Shown here: in pieces, positions 12,766 through 26,344 of the stretch
How the letters are laid out: every line of letters starts with the position of its first letter
How positions within the stretch are numbered: the first letter of the stretch is position 1
Assembly (NCBI GenBank): GCA_964019425.1
Contig: OZ025791.1
Location: forward strand, 1,116,001-1,180,000
Direction: 5' to 3'
Length of the DNA: 64,000 nt
From: Flectonema sp. DT1601
Taxonomy: Eukaryota
The notes under the pieces: model-generated
What the model was told of the DNA's origin: nothing
The model's input: only the letters and a program-made list of their open reading frames with translations
Databases searched by the model: none
Program-made: the position numbers and the translations under genes

Positions 12766-15670
12766 ACTCCTCCCGTCCTCTGGCATGTAGTATTTGTTAA
12801 TGAACGTGAACAAGGAAATTAAGGAAATGGCAGTCGGGAAAGACCGCATGACAAAAATTGATTAGTCAAAAAATGCAAGAAACGTAACTAAGCCAATGTG
12901 AGAACAGGAAGAGTGACAGAATACCAAGCAGCCTAAATGAACAATGAAATCAAATACGAAGAATATAACTCGCTTGGTTCCGACAGCATATTGGCGGACA
13001 CTACGCAGTTCAGCACTGCAAACATCGCAAGCAATTTTTCAGAAAGTCAACTAATCACTTACCGTGGGGGGTGGGAGATAATCATAATTACACTACAGGG
13101 CGACTGTTAATAACAATCTGTCCCTTTTTTTATTTTGTTTCTTTTTTTTTGCGGACCCTTCAACCCTAATGAGATTCAATGAACACAAACGTTAACATAA
13201 AAAGGTACCGCGGAAACACTTTCACTTTGCGAAACAGATTTTCGCCTGATGCCTATACCCCCAAAGCTATAAAAGGGCATACGAGGGGGGGAACACGTAA
13301 GCTAACCAGAGGCTGAGTTTATTGCATTTGAGCGCTCACAAACTCAGCCCTCATGGCAAGCTATAGTGGCCTTGGGGAATCAGTAACTAACACAAACTTG
13401 GTTCCTTGTTTACTGCAATAGAAGGTACTGGCTGGACAACACAAGCCACGAACTCTGTCCTGCAGAGAAACCTAAATATAATATTCAGTTCATTAGAACT
13501 AAAGGTAAAATAAAGATATTGGCGGTTTGTTGTGGGGAGAGAAAACAATTAAAAAAAAAAAAAAAAAAAAAAAAGGGATACCCCCTAGGAAAATAATAAA
13601 GGGGGCTCCAATCGCGCAAGTGGATTTTTGGTGCAAGCCATTAACACCCAAAGCATTCTACATAATTTTTTTCTAATTTTATTATTTCACTTTTCGCAAA
13701 TAAACGTCCCGGTGCTAATTAAAGGTAACTACTTTGCTAAAAAAGCCATGCTATTTTTCTGTTCTTTTTTTTTTTTATATTTTCTTTTTTCCTTTTTCTT
13801 TCATTCTTTCTTTCTACATGGGTAACTTGGTACTGTGAATAACCACGAGACTTGAAACTGGCTAAACTGACATACAGTTTCGCCGAACCCGGCTACCATG
13901 TAAATATCAACGTTACGTAGGGGATGAAATGAAAAAAAAAAAAGAGGAAATTAGTGTAAGCAGTACTCTTTAGAAATACCTTTGACTAATTGCATTTAAG
14001 AGATCGTAAGAAAGCAATCAAGAAGCCTTCACACGATATGACGCTATTGCGTACTAGTTTCAGTACTTACGTACGTGGTTATGGCATCTGTGATGATGCT
14101 TGACCGTATTACTCTCAAAGTACTGCGACTGTAGGTATTTCTTACTCAACAAGTTTGTGAGCAATCATTCAAGTTTACTCGTCAATTAACACAAATTGTT
14201 AGAGGTGGAAAAAAACAAAAAAGGGGGAAATGTTGTTGCACAAGAATAAGAAAAAGAAAAAGAGAAGAGAAAACTTCGACAAGAAAAAAGAGGAAACTAG
14301 GCAGTTTTTGCTTTTGCCCTTCTCTCTGTTTTTCACCAAACTGCTGGGATGAGTTCACTATCTTATTAATTTTTAGTCGGGAAGTTTACCTTCGGGGGAG
14401 GGTTCACGGGTATGTCATGCGGTACCGCACATCCGTGAGCTTAAAAATGTTTTCAAATTATTACAGCGCACGTGTAAGGCTTTGTTTGTTACAAGGTTGG
14501 TAGAATACGTTTACAACAAGCTTTCACACAGGATGAGTCGAACTTCCTGAAAACTGCTGATCGCAACCCGCCACCATACAACAACAACGCCAAGTTTTAA
14601 AAAAACCAACAAAAATAGAGAAAATGCAGAAGGCCTCCAACTGTACTAATTGTTCACACAGACTAAAGAGTACCACGTAACTAAAAATACGTTGGAAGGC
14701 AAGACTTAAATCGTCTAAGGCAACTCTCCTTTCAGCTGTCTACGCTTTCCCAGAATGGTTACTATGTGCGGAATAATGAAAGAGCTTTTTAAAGTGCCTA
14801 GAAAGGCCTGTCCGTAAAGCTTTTTAAAAAGGGAAAGGAAGACCGGGTGGTTTCCTTGCATTTCCCGGCCTTGTAGTATGTTGCAAGAAAAGAACACATT
14901 TGATGACAAGCGGTTACTGTTGTCATCAAAAAAGGAAAGGGAAAAAAAAAGTGTTGGTTGGCAGCGCTCTTGGCCTTCCTCCAAGGAAACCTTTGCGCAA
15001 AAAAGTAGTAAGTACACAAAAGTAGATTGAGGTTAAGGTAAATAATTATATTAAAGCAGGCCTCGAGTAAAAACGTCCTTGGGGGACAGCTCAAGGATGA
15101 ATCCTATAAAACAAAACTTAGATTTTAAAAAAGAAAAAAAAAAAACGACTGCGGCAACCAACGTGAAAGTTGCAGCATCAAAAAAGTAGCAATTCAGTAC
15201 AAGCATACCAATCGAAGAATAACACAAAATCACGTACCAAAGCATGGTAGGAAATCGTGGATTCCTTTTCGCAAAAAAAAAAAAAAAAAAAATCATCTGA
15301 CCGTTTGTTATTTTTTTATTATTTTTTTTTCTTGTTTTTTTAAATTTCAGAGATATGGTGTTACTTCACTATTACTTCTCTCTCATAGTTTTTTTATCAA
15401 GTCACCAAAATGATGGAAAGGTAGCAAAAAACTTAAACTGAGGCAAATAATAATTAACTGCTAAAGTTGTGAATACCTAGGTAACGTTATTAAAAAACGT
15501 GCTTTGAGAGTTTCAACATGAATGGCTAGCCTGAGGAGCCAAGTTGAACTGAAACATGTTACATGAAGCAAGCAGCGATATCTGTTTAGTATTTTTTAAA
15601 AAAGAAAAAAAAATTAAAAAAATGAGGGGAAAGATTAATTTTCTTTTTAAGAGACTTTGCGTAGCATGCA

Positions 15671-16145
15671 TGCAAGGTTGCCCCTACCTCCACTAAGGTA
15701 AAAGAACCTGCAACTTTTTTTTTTTTTTTTTTTTTTTTTCCCCGCTAGCACAAGTCAAAACACGTTAGCAGAAATAATTTTAAAAAATTATCGGGTAGTT
15801 GATTGTATTTAGCACGACCTTCCAAACCAATTCCGGGGCCCTATCTATCGCTGCGGAATAGCATGAGCTTCCTACCTGAAACTAGCAAGGTAAGAGCAAA
15901 AAGAAGTTTATTTTTTCAGTGTTTGTGGTACAAGCAAAGGGCTCGATGGCGATTGCCAGCATATCATATTGCTTACCGCAAGAAAAATGGCGGGTTGCGA
16001 GGGAAAAGATAACACCAATGGTGTCTATTACACAAGTTGTCTTTTTTTTTTCTCTTTTTTTTTTCTTCCCTTTTCCCAACACATGGGTGTTAAAGAACTC
16101 CGGTACAATGCGTATCCTACCTGAAGCTAATAAGGTAAGCGCGCA
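15671..16145 (-). repeat. Three copies of a stem-loop motif (YTTACCT-loop-AGGTAGG on the minus strand)
   Basis: Plus-strand CCTACCT..AAGGTAA starts at 15682, 15871 and 16116, each within a different outer stem. Confidence 0.6.
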
Positions 16146-19100
16146 GGAGGTTTTTTTTAAATAACCTAATGACCTTACACGACAACGGAAGGGATCAAAA
16201 CTCATACAAACTTCTACTGCCAATCACAAAGGGAGGGAGATGACTTGGCGCAATCTTTTTTTTTTTTTTTTTCTTTTTTTTTTTTTCCCTTTTTAAAAGC
16301 TTTTTTCAAGCTACTGATTTCAACCATGAAATAGAAAAGAGTCTCGCTATTAGGTAGTGCAACAAACGACGAATTCTCTGTTGTTCTACGCTAGCGAATA
16401 TATATGAGTCTCTTTCATTATTCTTTTCCCTGAAGGATTCTACATTGGGAGGTCCACAGGGACTGTGTGCTGGAAATTATTCTTCCGTTTCTTTTTTTTT
16501 CCCCAAAAAAACAAAGACATGCCTACGACCAGGGGTCATTGTGCGTCTACCATCGTTTGTTTTTTATTTTGTTTTTTTTGTAATTTTTTTTTTGATGGGT
16601 TGTATTTAGTTTCAAGAAAGTCAACCTCTGAATCCCTGTTACCCAAATGTAGTAAAAGGGCAGGGGGTGTTTTTTTTTTTTTTCCCGTTTCTTAGAGTTG
16701 TTTTCTGAAGTTATGCACAACATGATTTTTTTTTTAAAAAAAAAAAAGGGGGAAAAAACGGAAAGAAAAGGAGGAAAAAAAAAAACATGTCGATAGCACT
16801 ATGTTTTTTTTTTTTTTTTCCTTTAGCGTATGTTAGAAGCAAACAGTGTTGAGTAAGAAACTAGTTCTCGCCAAAGGCAACCACCACTTATTTTAGATTA
16901 GCAAACAAGATCGAGAAGAGCTGACGCTGCTGATGTGGGTAGCAAAAAAGTGAAGGGAGGAAATTTTGATTTTTTTTTTTTTTTTTTTCAAGAAAAGAAA
17001 ATAACAAAAACTAAAGGGAGCTTAAGTGTTTAAGGAGAATTGGTTCTTTCTCTATGAAAAAGCATTCTCCGACAACAAGATTCGCGACCGCTCCAATGAG
17101 TTTTTGTGTAAAGCGAGTGGTAGAAACAATTAAAATTGAATAAAAAAAATTAGAGCACTGGTACTTAAATTATAATACCGCATCTCTGTGATGATTTGAA
17201 TAAAAGGAGTTCGCACGCTTTACTCGAAAAACCGATGGGTTTATGGAGATACATTCCTGTGGTTTCATCTAATCAATCGGAGGCGTTGGAAGAATGTTTA
17301 CCTTGAAGCCTCACTACGAAATGCTTTCAAAAAATATTATTAATACTAGTTCAATCCAAACGGTCAGGAGCTCACAACTCAACAGTTTTTATCTTCTTAA
17401 CCTTAACTGACGAGTCTGTAATTTCCAATAATATCCGGCAAAACAGAAGTGAAAAAAAGTTTTGAATAGGTCGTGTTAACTGTTAGCAGGGACGGTGTCT
17501 ATTTGGTTAATAAACCGTTTGAAGTTCGATATTTAATGAAGATTAGCACATCGCGAAAAAAAAACTATGACTATTTTGATGGCAACCAATGCATCGACAT
17601 GTACAACATATTCCTCCACCGGTAGATCGCGTCACAGAATTGTTGAAAGCTGTGCAATTCACATGCAACAAATGCAGTGGAGCCAGCAAGCAACAAAAAT
17701 ATCACTCTTGGTAAGAAGTTTAAGAAAATTGTGAGGGCTAAAAAAAAAAAAATGGAGAGGAGGAGGAGGAGAAAAAAAAGGTTTGACAACAAAAAAGAAT
17801 CGAATGAACTACAATTGTGTTCCGCGACCTGAGCGAGTCTCTCACTACATCTTCCAACATTGGTCAAGGAAATGCACAATTAATAATAAAGTTTTTTTTT
17901 GAACAATAGCAGGAAAAGAATATAAAAAAAAAAACTACACCCAACAATTTCGGGCATGCAGCTTAGGCAGCAAATCTACAAAGCCAACGTGACAATGAAA
18001 AGAGTTTTCATATTGGAAACAAACAATTAGGTGCTCGACATAGAGGAACAAGAAATGAAGTGTTGAATAAAATGGGGAGGGAACGAACTTAATGTATTTT
18101 CTCAAAGAAAAAAAGATAAATTAGATATTTAGAAAAGAAGAAAAAATTATTTTCCGAACCGCACTTCTCTCTCACAGTCACTGATCATCAACTTAACACG
18201 CACAATAAATCAAGTATCATGTAATTAGGTGCAACAATGTGAACGAAAGCCGTTAGGGCACGTAACTGGAAGGACTCTTTTTTTTTTTTTTAACGATTGA
18301 AAGAGGCTGTAACAAAAACTAGATTCAGAATACTTAAAGAGGGGGAAAAATATAAAATAAAAATCGCATTTTCGTTTCAGTAGTCTGCCTTTAACGTGTA
18401 AACTTACACCTGACATTTGAGGACCTTCTTTTAAAATAATATCACACAGAGATCTCACTTGCAAGCTTGACTTCAATATTGCTTTTCTTTACAAGAGGAT
18501 ATGGGATGATAGGGAGGGGTCCTTTTACTTTTAAGGAGGTCAATTCTTAGTACATTGACAAGGGGTGCAAATACATAAAAAAAGATCAAAAAAAGAAATA
18601 AATACCCTCGCAACAGAAAAACAAGAAACGACGCAAAAAGAAAAAATGAAATAAAAATAAAAATAAAAATGAAAACTTAAAAATTTAAAAAAAAAAAAAA
18701 AAAAAAAACACACAACACACAAATACTGCCATCAGAACCTCACGCAGGCCGTAATTAGCTCCGTGCTAGTATTCTGGTGTTTGGTTGGGGTTCTACAACA
18801 CCTGAGTGATGCAGTGATGTGTAAGTTAGCAGAATCAAAGGCACAGGTGTATACCTAAGAAATGACTGCTATAATTCACTATAGACACACAGTAAGAATT
18901 AACCACTACTGTCACTAACATGGAAAGCATTCAACAACTGTAATCAGAGACTACGGTGATGCGTCACTATGTCTTGAAGGATATTTTTAAAAAAAAAGGA
19001 ATTTTAGAAACATTGCAAAAAGGTTGAGAGAGCGTCGTATAAACAACTAAAACTTTTATTGTATTGTCATTTAACTTAGCTAATACCAACGCTCAACCAA

Positions 19101-22100
19101 AGGATGTTTCACCAGTCATCACATAGCACTAAGTGATGCTGGGTAATAGTACGCTGTACTGGAAGCTGCGAGAATAATTCTGGGAAGAAGCAAAAAAAAA
19201 ACGTAGTAAACCAGCCTCCAGTAACAGTAAATAGATAGCATAATCAGTATTAAAATAAAATATAAAAAAAAAAGAGTAATAATAATAAAATATGTAGCTG
19301 CATTACTAAAAAAATAAATAAATAAATGATTAAGTTCTCGTTTTGTGCGCAACTAATGACTTGCCTGAGACAAGAAAGTCGACGTTACGCAGTCGCGATT
19401 TGTACTTATCCACCGAGCAAAGACAAACTCATAGGAAACGAAAAACTGATCGTTGCAAGAACATACCTACAACAACGTTATGATTAGAACTGTAGTAATA
19501 GTAATACCTGGACAGTTACAAGAACAAAAAAAAAATGACTAAAAAAGTCACTTTCATTCAAGTACAAAGTCTTGGTTTTTTTTGTAGTAGTAATTTTTTT
19601 TTAATGATAAATATTTTCTTCAGTTAAAAATAGTGCAACAATAAAAAGAGAAAAAAAAAAACAATGATTATGTCCTGGAAATGCCGGACTGTACCCAACA
19701 GGGTGCAATAAGGGGATTGGATACTTTTTTGAATATTGAGGGGTAAGGAAGAAAAAAAAAAAGAAAATAGATTTTCTTTTTGAAAGATCCTTCAGTTTTT
19801 TTTTTGTTTCTTGTCTTTTTTTTTTCCTTCCCCTTTTTTTTTTTTTTTTTTGAGTTTCTTTTTTCTTTTTTTTCTTTTTTTTTTTGTTGTTCTTTTTTTC
19901 CTCTTAAAAAAATCAGTGGAAGAAAAAACGAAGCAAAAAACAAAAAGACAAAAAAAAAATAAGAAAAAAGAAAAAAACAAAAACAAAACAAAAAATTATG
20001 CGTTAACAGGAAGAGGCAAACTTTTTTGCTTCAACCACATTTCCAGAAATATACACGAACTGAGGAAGGTTAACATCTTTTGTAACTCGACCCACAGCCA
20101 GAATCGTGGTCCTTCATAGAGATGAGCTTTAGAAACAGACATACCAAGGAGGCAGGGAAAATGGGAAATGGGGTTAAAAAAGATAAAAGCAGCTCCCTGC
20201 ATGCGTGGAGATTATTAATTATGATTATTTTTTATTCATTGGTCATGTCACCGTAAGCAGGGAGAGTTTTTTTTTTTTTTTTTTTTTTAATAAAAATTGA
20301 GAACAATCACTCGTGGATGGCAGAAACCAACGCACAACCAAGAATAAAAAAAAATATGCCCCATCACGGTGGGGAAGCATCAGATTGTCTGAGCTTGAAT
20401 TGCGCCCCAATAGCAGATTTAAAAAGTCGTATTAGTTTCTATGTCTGCCTTATACTATTGGCATAAAGACTATATTATGTATTCATGTTTCTGTGCTTCA
20501 GTCACCAAGGGTTTTGCAAGTACATCTTCAACAACAATCTACATGTACATGGAAAAAAAAGGGAAGACGCAAAAAAAGCCTTAGAAAGAGAGAGTTGCGC
20601 AGAAAATGAATAAATGAATAAATAACCTTTTAGCCAAGTATTCTATTCTTAGATATTGTGGAAGGAGTTTCAATGCGTGACCGAAGCTATTATACAACGC
20701 AAATAATAAATAAAATAAAATAAAAAGCAGCTCTCAAGCGGATCTTCTTGCACAAGGAGCTTGCAGCTACCACCACGAAATGCTTGTGGCATGTTGGTAT
20801 AATAACCAACCACAGTATGTAAAGAAGGTGTACAAATATAGACTAAGAGACCAGCCAGTTAAGGTTAACTTCATAATAGTTTTCTTGCTTATTTATTTAT
20901 TTATTTACGCACAACACGGTACTACATTGCCACCATTCAGTGTTCTTTTTTTTTTTTTTTTTTTTTTTTCGATTTGGAAGAAACTAATTAAAAAGGTACA
21001 AATAAAGAAGGAAACCAAAAAAAGAAAGAAAAAAAAAGGGGGGGAAAGGGCAGTTATGGGTTTTCCTTTTTTTTTTTTTTTACTATGACTGTAAAAAAAA
21101 GGGAACAAAAAAGAGAAAAATCGGAAGGAGAAACATCACCGAGGCCCAACCTTCTTTTTAAGTCTTGTTTTTTTCAAACGTAGCAAGTTAACTAGCCAGG
21201 TTGGAAAGAAAAATATAGACCGAAAGAAAAATTAAAGGTGCAAGCTCTTCCTGAATAAGTCCGACAGGCGGTTAATATAAACTAGCAAAAAACAAAAACA
21301 AAAAGTGATCTTCACCACCCCCCTTTTTTTTTTTTTTAATAATCTTTGCTAAAATATTATCATCGTGAATACCTACCTTATTCGAGAAAACATTTTCCAA
21401 CCAAAAATAAAACATAATATTATATAAAAAGACAAGAGCCAACTACAAATCAAGAACATAAGTGCACACACCAATTTTTTTTACTTCAACTGTTATCTAT
21501 AAAAGTCAGGGAAGTTAAACCTCTGGAGACGCTCACAGGGAACCAGTCATTCGGTATCACAACCGCGGGACTCTCGTCAACGTTTCCCACCTTCTCGAAG
21601 AAAAAAAAAATAGGGCTACTTATTTAAAACACAAGAGTGGAATACAGCGTGTGGGTGAAGTGCACTGAGCGCAATACTTCTCATCATCGTCACTTGTAGC
21701 AGCTGAGAAAATGTGTACAAAAAAAGAACGGGGAGGGCGGGAGAAGAAAAATCGGAAACCACCAAAATAAACCATTATGTTTGTGCCACTGTAACCATCA
21801 TCTCTCTATAGATAAAAAAAATTGGAGAGAAAAAGAAGACAACACTGAAAAAAGATAACTTATATTCATATATTAAGGGGAGAGTGAAAAAGGATGGGAT
21901 GGGAAGCCTGGGGATATTGCTATTTAATGGGAGGGGAAAAGGTGTTACAAAACAGAACAAACAAACAAGAACAAAAATGAAAGAAGAAAAAGTTGATGTT
22001 GTTTTTTTTTTTTTTTTTTTATTCCATTCCTGAGCGGACTCGGGGTGGATATCAAACCGGTGAGGTCGCCAACACAGACGCCATGCGGGCATAGTCTAAA

Positions 22101-24254
22101 CAAAACTAATAAATTACTATACCAGTTATGGCGCAATATTTCCCAACAACAGAAAATAAACAGTCTTCTTTCAATGGGTTTTACGGGGAAATAGGAAGCA
22201 AACCGCGAGAGGAGGGGGATAAATTATTTTATAGAGTTTTTAAGGGAAAGAAGTTATTTAAAAGAATACATTAAAAGGAATGGAGGAAGGGAAGGGTGGG
22301 AAAAGAATCCGCAAAAAAAAGAAAACAAGAGAAACCAAAAAAAAAAAAAAAAATAAATAAATAAATAAAAAATAACAGATTCCTTGTTCACATGCACAAG
22401 ATCTCTTGTTAAAGAAAAAATATAAAAGTTCACAGCGCTGAATGGATACTTGAGGACCTCAAGCGACTTCCACATAACACCATAACATAGAAGACAATAA
22501 TAATGATAGGTAAAATGTCACAACTCAGTAATCTCTGTGTTTACAGGGGATTGTTTCCCCGTCATCTTTTTGTTTTCCCACTTCCACCAGATTATCAGTA
22601 AACTACTCTAGAGAAGTGTTCTAAAACAAATGAGCATAGTCAAAGAAGAGGCAGGAATCACTTATTTTCTCAGACAGAAAAAAGAAAAAAAAAACATGCA
22701 AACTAAAACCATTTCTTTTTTAAAACCACCAAATAACATAACAATGGAAGAAGAAATTATAATTTTTTTTTCGCATTTTTTTTTTCTTCTTTTGCCTTTT
22801 TTTTTTCCTTTAGAGACTGACTGATAAAAGGTCTTTTTGTCAACATTCTTTTTTTTTTTTTTTTTTTTTTTCCTCCCCTTTTGTAATAGTACATAAAGGT
22901 TGGCTGTAGTTATCTATGTCCCTATAAAAAAAAAAAGAAAAAAAGGAAAACAGCCAATAGATAAAACTAACGAGCTACAATAGGGCGATGATTTGATAAA
23001 AAATGGTAAGGAGAAGGGAAAAAAAAAAAAGAAAAAGAGGAAGAAAAAGAATCCAAGAATTACAAAAAGCCATATTAGTGTCACAGGGGCGCGTCGTGAC
23101 TCAGTATTTCGTCTTTCCTAATATTCTCTTCCTCTTCAAGCTGAACTTCCTCTTGCAAAATGTTACTGGTTTCCCCAGGGGCGGGGAAGGGAAATTATTA
23201 TTGTTAGGACACTGCAAATGTCGAGAGGTCAAAACGTAAAAAAAAAAAACAGTACTAGTATAAAAAGAATATAAGAGCGGGAGGGGAGAAAAAAATATGA
23301 AAAGGGAAAAAGAAGAAAAAGATACTAAACCGCAATAAATCCTAAATATCCTTTTTTTTAAAAAAAATAACACAAGCATAATAATAAGCAAAATTCATAT
23401 TGCATTTTTTTTTTTTTTTCTTTTCTTTTCATTTCTCTTGATTTGTTGCTCACGATACATAAAGGGTTAACCCAATAGGGAGAAAGGGAAAATAAATAAA
23501 TTGTAAAAAATAATGTGCGCGTTGGCCTTCAACGCCTGCCGGGAAGAGAGTTTTTTTTTTTTTTTTTTTTCTTCTTACGTTTCTCCTTTGCATGATATAC
23601 GCCGAGAGATAAGTTTTACTTTTGTGTTTTTGTTTTTGGTTTTTTTTTTTTGCTTTTATTCCAAGATCAAGACAAAAAATTATTAAAGACGTGCAAAGCG
23701 AAAAATGGGAAGGGTAGGCAGCAACCAGACCAGCTGCTTAGCATCGGGCAGTGAGGAATTTCATGGGCGATGCTGTGAAAGTCGCGAATTGGCTTCCCTT
23801 CGCTTGTTTACTCCTTATTCAGGTTCCAATAATTTCTTTTTTCACACCCTCCCCTTCCCCCACTCAGATGAGCGAGTGAATCATGCCAGGATGGGAGCGA
23901 ACAAAGAAGTATTAAGTATTAAGGGGATGGGGATGGGGAGGGGAAAAACTGTAAGAAAACTACCCATACGGGAGTTCCTTACATGTTCTTTTACAACAAG
24001 AAGTATAAGGCTGCCTTCATCTGTGACTGAAAAAAGGCAATAGACGAAATTACCATTTAATCTGTAAGTCATCGATCCAAGACCAGTAAATAATAATAAC
24101 TCAACACAGCAACTCTAAAAGTGTCAACGCCTTGGCGATAGACGGGAGAGTGCTGTGTACTGTGTTTGTCTCTCTCACGCTCTCACACACAATCTCTCTC
24201 TCCCTCCCAGTTAGGCCCAACGCACACAAATACTCGTTTTTTTATTGTTGTCTT

Positions 24255-24320
24255 TTTTTTTGTTTGTTTGTTTGTTTGTTTTTTGTAGCTTGTTTGTTTA
24301 TTTGTTTGTTTGTTTGTTTT
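24255..24320. repeat. Imperfect (TTTG)n microsatellite
   Basis: Tandem TGTT units visible at 24260-24320, downstream of the cyclin gene. Confidence 0.7.
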
Positions 24321-24617
24321 TTTTTCCATCATTTTTATTTCGTTCGCCAAAAAAAAAAATTTTTTTTTTATTTCGTCTTTTTTTTTTTTTGCAAAAACTT
24401 CAAAATTCCCAAAAAAAAATTAATTAAAGGGAATTTAGTGTGCAAAACTAAAAGAACTAGTGTTGGCAGAAAAAACCTACACAACACATAAAAAAAAAAA
24501 AAAACGGTAAATAATAAGCCAATACAAATCAAACAAATATCTACACCGCTACCATAATTGAATATCAGCGAAATAGATAAATTGATTTTAAAAAAATTCC
24601 TTACATCACAGCAATTA

Positions 24618-24655
<38 letters not shown>

Positions 24656-25164
24656 GGGAAAAAAAAGAAGGGAAAAAAAAAAAGAAAAAAATTAATAAAA
24701 ACCTAAAAAAAAAAAAAAAAAACCAAAGTGCATAAATTTTCAAGCACCAGGAGTTTAATATCTGTGATGTTTAGAATTAGTTTTTTTTTCTTTTTTTTTT
24801 TTTTTTTTCCCATCCCTCTCTTTTTTTTTTTCCTTTTTTTTTTCTTTTTTTTTGCTTTACTTGTTGCTTGATCGACTATTTTTTTGATGCGAATTACGAT
24901 CATAAAACAGAATTAACACAAGCCATAAAGAGATGAAAAACTTTGAACAAAAAACCACTCAAGACAGGGATAGACACGAGACTCAGCATTTCCTGGCCTC
25001 TCACATGACTTTATAGTATGCACAATATTGGTTTATTTATTTTATTGTTTTTTTCCTCTATCTCTTTTATTTTTTTTTTTTTTTTTTTGTTGCTGTCGTA
25101 TTTTCAAAACTTTCTCCATTTGTTTGGTACGGTTGGTAAAAAGATTTTTGGTACTTTACAGGTT

Positions 25165-26031
25165 TTACTGCATGGCAGAAAACTTCTGTGCGTCGTGAAG
25201 ACGTCTTCTTACCACAGGTTCTGCAGGCGGGACTGGTCTTGGAGCATCTCTTGCCTTTGGTGGCGTAAACAACGCTGCCCAGCAGCAGTTGGGAGAGATT
25301 GTAGACGTGTATATTCTGCGGTACTGTGGACGAGGCTTACGAATATACTTTGCTGCACGTAGGATGTGATGTTGTGAAATACTTGTATTAAATTCAATAA
25401 GGTTTAATAAAGTTGCTTCCATCTCGTTCAAGTCAAGTGGACTAACACCACCCAATCTTGACAACTCAGAATTCAAGTCTACAGTAACGTCGTTGGTGTC
25501 TAAGGCTTTCAAAGCAACTAAAAGACAGGCTAACAAAACGCGGTGGCTGTTCCATGGTGTTAGAGGCATATCTCCTACAATACAAGAACGGTCAATTAAA
25601 ACAGCTGTGTGGTACCAAACTTCAGAATGAAAATTCAACTTAGCTAATCCCTTTCCGAATTGAAATATTGAAATTGGTGGAATGCTCACACACTCAAACA
25701 TAGAGCGTGAATCACATGAGTCATGTTTTCCTACTCGTCTGTTCATTTCAGCAGTTGCAGTTATTAAATCCGCAAGTCCTTCGATACCTCCGGCATTTCT
25801 ATCTGGTGCAACGATCTTTTCCAGATCTAAAGATGGAACCATTTCTTTATATTTCTTAACTGGGGGTAACGATCCAGTGCTGAGAGGAGCATTCTCTCCT
25901 CCTAACGAATCCCTTCTCAAACTATCAGACGAAGATGGCGATGGATAAGCAGAAGATGAGCTTCCATTTGATGTTCCGGACAACACCATCGTTGACGCCT
26001 TTCCCAAAGGCGGTGGAGGTGGTTGACGCAT
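25165..26031 (-). CDS. PHO80/cyclin-U (P-type) cyclin, 288 aa
   Basis: Cyclin-box pattern SMFECVSIPPISI..TAVLIDR..LTPWNSHRVLLACLLVALKALD..SRLGGVSPLDLNEMEATLLNLIEFN. First ATG at 26031. Confidence 0.85.
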   Translation of the reverse strand: MRQPPPPPLGKASTMVLSGTSNGSSSSAYPSPSSSDSLRRDSLGGENAPLSTGSLPPVKKYKEMVPSLDLEKIVAPDRNAGGIEGLADLITATAEMNRRVGKHDSCDSRSMFECVSIPPISIFQFGKGLAKLNFHSEVWYHTAVLIDRSCIVGDMPLTPWNSHRVLLACLLVALKALDTNDVTVDLNSELSRLGGVSPLDLNEMEATLLNLIEFNTSISQHHILRAAKYIRKPRPQYRRIYTSTISPNCCWAALFTPPKARDAPRPVPPAEPVVRRRLHDAQKFSAMQ

Positions 26032-26311
26032 TATTATATATGTCAGGGGTATCACTAGCGTATGTGATGACCTCCTATGTGGGGAGAAAAAAAGATTTTT
26101 AATAGTTGCTATCTTACAATTAAAAGACTTGTATACAAGTTACCCATTCCTTGCTTGGCTTCGACATGTTGTTTACTGCAGAAAAGATGTATAAAAATTC
26201 CTATTTTATAAAAACAGACAAACATAAACAGGTAGATATGCCCTTTTGATGTGCAAGTAAAGGGCACTTTGATTTTTAAAAAAAAAAAAAACACAAGTGG
26301 GGAAATGAAAG

Positions 26312-26344
<33 letters not shown>

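Noticed and set aside
1930..21690. Scattered TGATGA/CTGA pairs suggesting a C/D snoRNA cluster
   Set aside because: Spacings are too short or filled with homopolymer, and I recognised no rRNA-antisense guides.
1264..25362. Many 60-126 aa ORFs rich in Phe and Lys on both strands
   Set aside because: They are translations of poly-T and poly-A tracts, mostly with non-ATG starts and no motifs.
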